A DNA stretch of 64,000 bases from Thermoplasmata archaeon (GTDB taxonomy: Archaea; Thermoplasmatota; Thermoplasmata; Lutacidiplasmatales; UBA184), in the NCBI GenBank assembly GCA_035945215.1, contig DASZAJ010000002.1, positions 133,057 to 197,056 on the forward strand, read 5' to 3'. Position 1 is the stretch's first letter; every line of letters begins with the position of its first letter. The notes beneath the pieces are model-generated. The model made no database searches. It was not told the DNA's origin and saw nothing but the letters and a program-made list of their open reading frames with translations. Shown here in pieces: positions 55,958 to 64,000 of the stretch. The translations under genes were made by a program, and so were the position numbers.

Positions 55958-58900
55958 ATGTACGGGCTCGTTTCGAGAGCTGCAGGAATCGGCCAATTCT
56001 CGGTGCCCGTCGCGTTGGCCCTCCTGATGATCGGCGGGTCTCCGCTCGGGCTCGGTCCGACGGAGGCTCCCTTGCCCAGGGCCCACGCGTACCTGCCGCC
56101 TAGCCCCGGCGGGGTCCTCGGGTCGGTCCCATCAACGGGGGCGTACGAGAGGCCCACGACCTACCTTCGCGGGATAGCACCTCCGGGCCCTTCAGGAAAC
56201 GTCGCGCCCTCTCGCTCCGCCCGACCCCTAGGACCCGCGATATCACCGGCCATCTCGGTCCAGTCGCCGGTCAATATCTCACCGCTCTACCCCCAGGAGT
56301 CCGACGCGGGGCTCACGTACGATTCGGCGGACCACTACGCGCTTCTCTACACCGCCATCTGCTGTGGCCCGGACCCCGGCCACGCCCAATTCACCTGGGC
56401 CATCAACGGGAGCTCCGCTCGACTGGTGCCGACCCCGACCTCGCCGCCGATCCTGAGCTACTATGGAGAAACGCTCCTCACCGATGACCCGCATGACGGC
56501 TACGTGGTGCTCGTCGGCGGCGTCAACGATTCCGGGAATGTGACCAATCAGACTTGGGCCTATCACGCCGGAAAATGGACCCAGCTGCATCCCAAGTCGA
56601 GCCCTCCGTCCAACGTCTCCGGCGTGAGCGCCTACGATCCAGCCATCGGGGCGATCGTGCATCTCGATTGGACCTACCACTACAACTCGACGTCGGGGAA
56701 CACGACGTACTCGAATCAGACCTGGACGTTCGCCGGTGGAAATTGGACCGAGGTGTTGAACCGCACGCCGGCGGGGTTTCCCGCTTCGCAGATGAGCCTG
56801 GCCTACGACGCCGCGGATGGATACCTGATGGGCTATGGCGGGTACGCCGGGAATGCGACTTGGAAGTACCAGAACTCGTCGTGGACCCGGATCGCCGCGA
56901 CGGGGTCGCCGCCCGCGTACAACATTTCGAAGATCGCCTACGATAGTTCGTTGGGCAAGGTGCTGCTGTTCGGTGGCGCGTTCCCGGTCAAAGGCGTCTG
57001 GAACAACGCGACGTGGGGGTATTCGGCCGGGCATTGGGCCGCGCTGACCGGATACTATCTGAACGCTCCGGTTTTCATCACGCCCACCGCCCCGAACGGC
57101 ACCCTGGTCGCTTACATCCCGCCGGGACGGTCCGTCTCGCCGAACAGCTCGACGCTCTCCACGATATGGATCCTCCAGAACTCCACCTGGGTCTCACCGG
57201 CGGGGATGCCCCGGTCCCCCGGTCCGAGATGCTGTGGCCAATCCACCTACGACGCCGCCGACGGCTACTTCCTGACCTTCGGCGGTGTGATCTACAACGG
57301 CCTGTACAGCTACATCACGCTCAACGACACCTGGGCGTTTCGCAACGGGACTTGGACCCAGATCCATCCTACCGTTTCCCCGCCCGGCATGTACTATGGC
57401 TCCATGGCCTACGACCCGGTCGATCGGTACACCGTCTTTCTCGGCGGGGCCTTCGGGAGCCCCTACTACAGCGTTCGGGACCAGACGTGGACCTATGCCG
57501 CCGGCAAATGGAACCAGCTGAGCCCCTCGAGAGCCCCGGATGCGCCGATCAAGGGCTGCATGGCCTGGGACACTGCCGATGGCTACCTCGTCTACTGGGG
57601 CGGGATCAATAGTACCGGCGACGTCAATCAGACCTGGAAGTTCCTGCACGGCAACTGGAGCCGGCTGAACACGACCGGGACGCCGCCGGCGTCCGATGGG
57701 TGCGAACTCGCCTACGACGACCACGACGGGTATCTGTTGCTCTGGACCGCCAGCTACAGTTGGGAGTACTCGTCCGGCAGCTGGACCAATGTCTCCTCGG
57801 CCACCGGCCCACAATTTCGCAAGCAACCGTTCTTCGCGTTTGACCCACTGCTGGGCGGCGTAATTCTCTACGGGGGCACGAGCGGCGGCATCCCCGCGCG
57901 CGAGGACCTTTGGCTGTTCTCGGGGGGCAGCTGGAGCCAGTTGCGGTTGGGGCTGAATCCGAGCTGGGCGGGCTATGGTGGATGCGCCTATGATCCGCAG
58001 ATCGACGCGCTCGTACTGTTCGTCGGGGAGGCCAACTTCGGATGGACGAGCCAGGTCTGGACGCTGAATCTGACCGAGCCTCTCAGCGCCGGCTCCATCA
58101 CCGTCACCCCGGGCCTCCTCGACCTCGGCGGTGCCGCTCGGATCCGGGCCGATCCCACCGGCGGAACAGGATCCTATACGATGAACTGGTCGAGCCTTCC
58201 CCCGGGCTGCACGGGCGGAAATTCGACTATTTTCGTCTGCTTCCCGACCCAGGCGGGGAACTGGTCGATCAACCTGACCGTCCGCGACTCGTCCGGGAGA
58301 TCCGTCAAAGCTGCGACGGTGAACCTTTTCGTGGCCCCCGACCCATCTATCCCCTCGATCTCCGCCAGCCCGGCGCTCATCGACGTCGGCATGACGACCA
58401 CCCTCTCCGCGACCGAGTCGGGCGGAACGGCCCCACTGACCTACAGCTGGTCAGGGCTTCCGGCCGGCTGCAGCTCGTCCAACACGAGGTCCCTGTCCTG
58501 TACGCCGACCGCGGCCGGAAACTTCTCCGTCACGATCGGCGTGGTGGACCAGATCGGCTACGCGGCGTACAACTCAACCCTGCTGACGGTTGACGCTCAG
58601 CTGGCGATCACCGCCCTGCGGTCCTCCTCGTCGACCCTCGACCTTGGGCAAACGGTCTTCTTGTCCACCGGTGCGGCCGGCGGGACCGGGGCCCACTCGT
58701 TCACCTGGACCGGCCTGCCCTCCGGCTGCTCCGGTTCGAACTCCACTTCGATTGTCTGCACCCCGACCGCGACCGGGAACTACTCGGTCGGGATCCGCGT
58801 CTCCGATCGGCTAGGGGAGGTGGCGATCGGTGGGCCGATAGGGTTGGTGGTGAATCCCCCAGCGACCACGCCTGCCATCTCGTTGAACCGGACGATTGCG

Positions 58901-60655
58901 GACGCGAACCAGCAGATCCTCGCGATCGCCACGCCGTCGGGCGGCACCGCCCCGTATCGGTACCTCTGGTCGACCAACCTGAGTGGCTGCTCGCCCCTGA
59001 CCGCCGCCAAAGTCGCCTGCGCCCCGAGCGGACCGGGGGTCTACCTGCTCCAGGTCACCGTCATTGACGCCGTGAACGTGACCACCGCCAGCGCTGCGGC
59101 CAATGTATCCGTCCTCCCCGATCCGATCGTTTCGACGGTGATGGCCAACCGGTCGAGCGTCGACGTCGGCCAATCGGTGAACTTCAGCGTCAGTGCGGCG
59201 TCCGGCGCCGGGGGATTCTCCTACGCATGGAGCGGGCTTCCCACGGGATGCACGGGGGCGGCGGTGGCGCCGTACCTCGACTGTCGTCCTACGGCCGCCG
59301 ACTCGTCGGCCCAGATCTCGGTCAACGTGACTGACGCGAACGGGTTCTCGGTGTCGACCGGCGCCCTTGCCTACACCGTGTTCGCCGATCCGAGTGTGGC
59401 GCCGCCGATCGCCTCGCGGACCTCTTCCGATGTCGGACAATGGGTGACGTTCATCGGGAGCGCCTCCCCCGGCTCCGGCGCGGACCTGTACGCATGGTCC
59501 GGGGCTTGCCCGGGCGCCGCGCCGGTGACGCAGTGCCGGCCCAATGTCGCGGGCGCTTTGGGAGAGCAGATCGTCGTGACCGACTCGAACGGGGTCTCCG
59601 CGACGGCGAGCATCGCCTACACCGTCTACCCCACGCCGAGCGTCAGCGCCCCGACCCCCACCCGGACCTCCCTGGACGTCGGGCAGTCGGTCGTGTTGAC
59701 CACGTCTTTCGTGGCCTTGGGTTCGGGCCGGCCGGCCATCTTCTGGTCCTCGGCCGGTAGCCTTCTCAATTGCGCGCAACAGTCGCCGACCTCGACTTCC
59801 TGTACGGGAACGACGGCCGGTACGGCCACGGTGCAAGCCACGGTGATCGATTCCAATGGGGGCAGCGCGAACGTCAGCTCGGTCAATATCACGGTCCTCG
59901 CCGACCCCGTGGCGGGGCTTCCGCAGTTGGGCCCCACCCTGATCGAGGTGGGCCAGTCGACGGAGATGCGCGTTCCAGTGACCGGTGGGAGCGGCGGCTA
60001 CCAGTTCAACTGGTCGGGTCTGCCCCCGGGGTGCGTTCCGGGACTGCAGAACCTTACCTGCGCACCCACCCGGGCGGGGGACTACACGATCCTGATCATC
60101 GTCTCGGACAGCAACGGATTCGCCGTCCGAACCCCTTTGGAGACCTTCCACGTCGATCCGGCCCTGGGGGGCACCGGGGATATCGGGGGAAACCAGACCC
60201 TCCCCGTGGGCGGGACCCTGAACGGCACCGCTCACGGACTCGGTGGTTCGGGCACCTATCACTACGATTGGTCGTTCGGCGACGGCTTCGCCGGCTCGGG
60301 GGTTTCCGTTCGACACACGTACACACTGGCCGGTACGTTCGAGGTCACGTTGTGGATCAACGACTCGATTGGAGGGGTCCACTCCATGAGCTGGACCGTG
60401 CGCGTATCGGCGAATGCAGCTCCCGGGTCGGCGCGTATCCTCGGCATGCCACCGTGGGCCGCCGCGTTGCTCTTCCTCGAACTCGCGGTGGCGGCCGCGG
60501 CCGCCATCGGATTCGTCCTGTATCGCGGCCGCCGGGGCCGCGTCGAACCTTCGGAAGAACCGTCGACGGTTCCGGACGATCCACCGGCCTATTCTGATCC
60601 CCCGGAAACAGTCGAGGATGCAGCCCCAGCCGAACCGGAAGACGGGACCGGTTAG
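55958..60655 (+). CDS. Very large kelch double-propeller plus Cys-paired Ig/PKD repeat surface protein
   Basis: YD.ADGY.L.FGG...TW repeats; WSGLP.GC...C.PT..G repeats; WSFGDG PKD; TM plus acidic tail. Confidence 0.88.
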   Translation: MYGLVSRAAGIGQFSVPVALALLMIGGSPLGLGPTEAPLPRAHAYLPPSPGGVLGSVPSTGAYERPTTYLRGIAPPGPSGNVAPSRSARPLGPAISPAISVQSPVNISPLYPQESDAGLTYDSADHYALLYTAICCGPDPGHAQFTWAINGSSARLVPTPTSPPILSYYGETLLTDDPHDGYVVLVGGVNDSGNVTNQTWAYHAGKWTQLHPKSSPPSNVSGVSAYDPAIGAIVHLDWTYHYNSTSGNTTYSNQTWTFAGGNWTEVLNRTPAGFPASQMSLAYDAADGYLMGYGGYAGNATWKYQNSSWTRIAATGSPPAYNISKIAYDSSLGKVLLFGGAFPVKGVWNNATWGYSAGHWAALTGYYLNAPVFITPTAPNGTLVAYIPPGRSVSPNSSTLSTIWILQNSTWVSPAGMPRSPGPRCCGQSTYDAADGYFLTFGGVIYNGLYSYITLNDTWAFRNGTWTQIHPTVSPPGMYYGSMAYDPVDRYTVFLGGAFGSPYYSVRDQTWTYAAGKWNQLSPSRAPDAPIKGCMAWDTADGYLVYWGGINSTGDVNQTWKFLHGNWSRLNTTGTPPASDGCELAYDDHDGYLLLWTASYSWEYSSGSWTNVSSATGPQFRKQPFFAFDPLLGGVILYGGTSGGIPAREDLWLFSGGSWSQLRLGLNPSWAGYGGCAYDPQIDALVLFVGEANFGWTSQVWTLNLTEPLSAGSITVTPGLLDLGGAARIRADPTGGTGSYTMNWSSLPPGCTGGNSTIFVCFPTQAGNWSINLTVRDSSGRSVKAATVNLFVAPDPSIPSISASPALIDVGMTTTLSATESGGTAPLTYSWSGLPAGCSSSNTRSLSCTPTAAGNFSVTIGVVDQIGYAAYNSTLLTVDAQLAITALRSSSSTLDLGQTVFLSTGAAGGTGAHSFTWTGLPSGCSGSNSTSIVCTPTATGNYSVGIRVSDRLGEVAIGGPIGLVVNPPATTPAISLNRTIADANQQILAIATPSGGTAPYRYLWSTNLSGCSPLTAAKVACAPSGPGVYLLQVTVIDAVNVTTASAAANVSVLPDPIVSTVMANRSSVDVGQSVNFSVSAASGAGGFSYAWSGLPTGCTGAAVAPYLDCRPTAADSSAQISVNVTDANGFSVSTGALAYTVFADPSVAPPIASRTSSDVGQWVTFIGSASPGSGADLYAWSGACPGAAPVTQCRPNVAGALGEQIVVTDSNGVSATASIAYTVYPTPSVSAPTPTRTSLDVGQSVVLTTSFVALGSGRPAIFWSSAGSLLNCAQQSPTSTSCTGTTAGTATVQATVIDSNGGSANVSSVNITVLADPVAGLPQLGPTLIEVGQSTEMRVPVTGGSGGYQFNWSGLPPGCVPGLQNLTCAPTRAGDYTILIIVSDSNGFAVRTPLETFHVDPALGGTGDIGGNQTLPVGGTLNGTAHGLGGSGTYHYDWSFGDGFAGSGVSVRHTYTLAGTFEVTLWINDSIGGVHSMSWTVRVSANAAPGSARILGMPPWAAALLFLELAVAAAAAIGFVLYRGRRGRVEPSEEPSTVPDDPPAYSDPPETVEDAAPAEPEDGTG

Positions 60656-60813
60656 CCCCGGAGAACACTCCCCGGGATGACCCGCCATCGAGGGCCGGTT
60701 TCGGTGAGGAGGCTTGGTCCCCTCGCGGTCGACGCCCGCCCCTTGGGGGTTCCTCTCAGTCCAACCGCGGGGGAATCATCTTGTAGGGGGGGAACTCAGG
60801 GACCGTCGCTGCC

Positions 60814-61263
60814 ATGATTTCATACCGAGACGAAGGGATCCTGCCGGCGCCTCCCGCCACGGTTTGGAAGCTGATCAACGCTCACCTGGACGACACCGCC
60901 ATCTCCTCGATCCACCGCCTGATCCTGGAGCAGAAGACCGAGAGCCGCGGGACTCCGGAGACCGTGGTCTCACGAGTCATCGATGCCCGAGGGCGGCGAC
61001 TCCGCTCCCGCTGGAAGCTTACGCTGCGCCCCCCCGAACTCTACCGTTGGGAGATCCTGGACGGGGAGGGCCCCTGGTCCGCCGGGACCTACATGGAGAA
61101 CACGTTCTCCGAGGTGCCGGGGGGAACGAAGGCCGTGAGCCAGGGCCAACTGCACATCAGCGTCCTTCCCTTCTTCCTGCCGCAGGGATTCATGGTCCGC
61201 CGCATCCTCAACGAGATCGATGGCGAGGACATGGCGCGCCTTCGAGCCCTCGGGACGGGGTAG
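60814..61263 (+). CDS. SRPBCC/START-like (Bet v1) protein
   Basis: DEG.L.AP..TVW; helix-grip beta pattern; C-terminal helix. Confidence 0.7.
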   Translation: MISYRDEGILPAPPATVWKLINAHLDDTAISSIHRLILEQKTESRGTPETVVSRVIDARGRRLRSRWKLTLRPPELYRWEILDGEGPWSAGTYMENTFSEVPGGTKAVSQGQLHISVLPFFLPQGFMVRRILNEIDGEDMARLRALGTG

Positions 61264-61436
61264 TCCGGCCACCGCTTCGCCCGCCGCCCACGCCGGGCGG
61301 CTTGGGGGGATAGGTCCAAGGGTTGTTGCGCGTGCCGATCACCCGCTCGGTCCAGCTCAAGCACGGCGGAGGGCCGCGGCCGGTCCGGATCGGGGTCGTG
61401 GCGTGGTCCCGACGGCGACCGCCCACGCCGAGACGT

Positions 61437-61871
61437 CTAACGCGATTTCCCGAACGCCTTGAGGCCCTCGGTATCCTCGTGAAAGACCTTCTCGAGGTTC
61501 GCCCAGACCGCCTTTTCGAGCTGGGCCGGCGGGATCGTCTTGGAGGTCCAATCCCCGACGACGACGACTTCCGTTTGCTTGCCCTTGGGGATATACAGGT
61601 TGAAGAACTTCGACCCGGCCATCGGTCCCTCCAGGGGCTCGACCATGAACCCGAGCGGCGGGTGGAAGGTGAGCTTGTTCGACATGTGGATCCACTTGCC
61701 GTCGACTTCCTGCTCCCAGGAGAGCATGGCGGAGTTGTCGGTCAGCAGCTCCCGTTCGAAGTTCCGTCGACCTTTGTGGCTCGGACTGTGCGCGTCGTCG
61801 GCCTGTAGGTATCTCCAGATCGTCTGCACCGGCGCATCGAAGAGGCTCCCCTCATCTCGAACGAAGACCAT
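61437..61871 (-). CDS. SRPBCC/START-like protein, convergent paralog
   Basis: RDEGSLFDAPVQTIW, LEGPMAGS, C-terminal ED. Confidence 0.7.
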   Translation of the reverse strand: MVFVRDEGSLFDAPVQTIWRYLQADDAHSPSHKGRRNFERELLTDNSAMLSWEQEVDGKWIHMSNKLTFHPPLGFMVEPLEGPMAGSKFFNLYIPKGKQTEVVVVGDWTSKTIPPAQLEKAVWANLEKVFHEDTEGLKAFGKSR

Positions 61872-61999
61872 GAACGAGCCATCCCGCGCCGGTAGAAATA
61901 CCCCCCCCGGGAGCCGGCGAACCCAATCCCGAGCGCTCGGCACGGGACGCCGCCGAGGTCGGCCCAACCCTTGAAGTGCTGGACCCGCTTCGGACCGCC

Positions 62000-63106
62000 A
62001 TGGGCGCCGTTCCCGTCCCGTCCGATATCGAGGAGATCTGCCGTACCGTTCTCGTGAAGTCGCTGCGCCTGCGCCGTGGGGAGAGCCTGATCGTCGAGAG
62101 CTGGACCCACATGCTCCCCTGGGCGGAGGCGTTCGTCCTCCAAGCGCGCCGGGCGGGGATCCGGACCATGCTGCTCTACGAGGATGAGGCCACCTACTGG
62201 CGGTCGGTGGAATCCTCCAAAGCCGACGATCTCGGACGAATGCCGGACCCGGAGCTCGCGGCCATCAGCAAGGCCGATGGGTACGTGTTCCTCTGGGGCC
62301 CCGAGGACCGTCCCCGGCGGAACGCTCTCCCCAAAGCCCAGCGCGAGGCCCTGACGGGGTACAACTCGAAGTGGTACCAGGCGGCGGGTCGAGCCCACCT
62401 GCGGGGGGTCCGGATCGAGCTCGGACGAGCCACGGCGCCGAGCGCAGAGTTCTACGGCGTCGAGCTCGGAGGCTGGCAGCAGATGCTCATCGATGCCGGT
62501 CGGGCCGACCTCGGGAAGATGGTCCGGGAAGCGACGCACCTGGCCGACCGACTTCGACGCGGAAAGCAGATCCGGATCCACCACGCGAATGGTACGGACC
62601 TTTCCCTCCGATTGGCGGGCCGAGCGCCGACGTCCGACGACGGGGTCGTCGATCCGAAGGACGTGCGAATCGGCCAGAACATGGCCTCCTTTCCGGGCGG
62701 AGCCGTGTACGTATCGGTCGACGAAAAGTTCGTGGAGGGCCGTCTCGTGGCGAACCGGTCGACCTATCCATTGCAAGGGACCTTGACGGGGGGTCGATGG
62801 ACCTTCCAAGACCACCACCTCGCTTCCTACACCTACCGGTCCGGGGGAGAACTGTTCAAGACGGGGTACGACGCGGCCGGCCCCGGCCGGGACCGACCGG
62901 GCTTTCTCTCCATCGGTCTCAATCCGCGGATCCGTGATGCCCCGGGTCTGGAAGATTTCGAACGCGGTGGCCTGTTGTTCGGGATCGGCGGCAACGTCGG
63001 GTATGGGGGAAAGACGAAGTCGCCGTTCACCTCATGGCTCGCGCTCGGCGGCGCCCACCTCGAGGTCGACGGCCGGCCACTCGTGGCCGATGGCGAGATC
63101 CTCTAG
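62000..63106 (+). CDS. M29 aminopeptidase-like protein (metal ligands apparently substituted)
   Basis: Overall M29 pattern (L.L..GE.L.VE, NGTDL.L, DDG, IG.NP, GIGGN...GG, VDG...V..G). Confidence 0.75.
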   Translation: MGAVPVPSDIEEICRTVLVKSLRLRRGESLIVESWTHMLPWAEAFVLQARRAGIRTMLLYEDEATYWRSVESSKADDLGRMPDPELAAISKADGYVFLWGPEDRPRRNALPKAQREALTGYNSKWYQAAGRAHLRGVRIELGRATAPSAEFYGVELGGWQQMLIDAGRADLGKMVREATHLADRLRRGKQIRIHHANGTDLSLRLAGRAPTSDDGVVDPKDVRIGQNMASFPGGAVYVSVDEKFVEGRLVANRSTYPLQGTLTGGRWTFQDHHLASYTYRSGGELFKTGYDAAGPGRDRPGFLSIGLNPRIRDAPGLEDFERGGLLFGIGGNVGYGGKTKSPFTSWLALGGAHLEVDGRPLVADGEIL

Positions 63107-63146
63107 CGAGCGCGTCACCGGACGCGTCCCCCCGCGGCTCGGGGGA

Positions 63147-64000
63147 TCAGTAAGGAGGGGGGTACCGGGGGGGCGTCCGTTGGCTGAGGACCACGGCCAC
63201 TACGACGGCCACCACGATCAATAGGCCCCCCATTAGGACCAGCGCGATTACTAGGAAGGCACCGCCCCCATCGAAGAATGGGGCGGGAATGCTCGGGCAG
63301 GCGGTCGCCAGCGGCGGGGCGACCCACCCGGCCGTGTGGGCGGCCGCGTCCGTGACCGTAAGTATGGCGAGGGGCGCGCCGCCGAGCGCCGACGAATAGT
63401 ACGTGTGTACGGGGGCCGATTGGTTCGATAGCGAGGATCCATCCTCGAAGTTCCACGAATACTGGTACGGGGGGGCTCCGCCGGAAACGATAGCATTGAA
63501 TGAAACGGTGATGGGTCCTGGGTTCGAACCGCAGGGGCTCCCACCAAGCACCGAATACGACGCATTCACTTCCAGGGGCGTCGTGGGAGTGAACGTGAGG
63601 ACGATGGAGACATTGCCCGTCGACAGATCCAGGGCCCCCTGGGGGGGAGAGACGGAATACCCGACGGGCGGGGTGACCCTGAAGGCGGGCTGAAGCCACG
63701 TCAGGCAGGAAAAAGTCAGCGAGAGGAGGCGGGACCAGCCGGTCAAGCTGTCGCTCCCGTCGGTTAGGTTGACCGACCAGTTCGCACCGGCCGGCAGACC
63801 GAGGGCCTCGAACGTCGCACTGAAGCAGGGAGTCGAAGTGCAGGATCCCTGGACGAATGGGACCGTAATGTTGACCCACGTCCCAAAGACATCAAAGCTT
63901 CCCGATATCGGAGGATAGCAGGACGAGCCGAGCACCCATGCGGTATAGCGATACGCGGTTCCGTTGGGTTCCGTGAATAGGATCGGGGCGCCGGAGGATC
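63147..64000 (-). CDS. Surface protein with thermopsin-type repeat plus PKD and C-terminal TM, 5' end outside the window
   Basis: Frame is open to the window edge (ILFTEPNGT); FEALGLPAGANW, YSWNFEDG...HTY, TM. Confidence 0.78.
   Translation of the reverse strand, partial: SSGAPILFTEPNGTAYRYTAWVLGSSCYPPISGSFDVFGTWVNITVPFVQGSCTSTPCFSATFEALGLPAGANWSVNLTDGSDSLTGWSRLLSLTFSCLTWLQPAFRVTPPVGYSVSPPQGALDLSTGNVSIVLTFTPTTPLEVNASYSVLGGSPCGSNPGPITVSFNAIVSGGAPPYQYSWNFEDGSSLSNQSAPVHTYYSSALGGAPLAILTVTDAAAHTAGWVAPPLATACPSIPAPFFDGGGAFLVIALVLMGGLLIVVAVVVAVVLSQRTPPRYPPPY

Noticed and set aside
17125..60688. Many long antisense/alternate-frame ORFs (e.g. 17125-19575, 21000-23258, 37547-39124, 39186-41276, 58811-60688)
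   Set aside because: Typical high-GC shadow ORFs overlapping well-supported genes, with no recognisable motifs.
1..64000. CRISPR array, rRNA, tRNA, IS transposase
   Set aside because: No regularly spaced direct repeats, RNA gene signatures or transposase motifs were seen; the repeats present are protein-domain repeats.

Overview
GC-rich archaeal chromosomal segment, most likely Thermoplasmata-like. This is inferred from many thermopsin-type 'F.E(T/S)GL..G..W' Ig-like repeats, an archaeal COG1672 ATPase, PaREP1, an HTH_45-type regulator and apparently leaderless genes. About half of the window encodes very large membrane-anchored surface proteins (kelch, YVTN, beta-helix, PKD). There are two accessory regions: a defence-like island at about 1.4-8 kb and a toxin-antitoxin/nucleotidyltransferase cluster at about 23-29.6 kb. 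The standout is a tightly coupled operon at 1478-5562: TGT-like, OGG-type N-glycosylase, QueC-like, TIR (ThsB/MTH538-like), 3-TM membrane protein, HEPN-like. The first three genes match the Cap10/Cap11/Cap9 accessory module of type IV CBASS, but no CD-NTase is present. Its place is taken by a TIR protein starting MGGSGGGGGYGGGG, an N-terminal Gly of the kind QueC-family defence enzymes are reported to deazaguanylate. This suggests a deazaguanylation-controlled TIR signalling immune system. All family calls come from motif recognition by eye; no database searches were run. No rRNA, tRNA or CRISPR array was seen.
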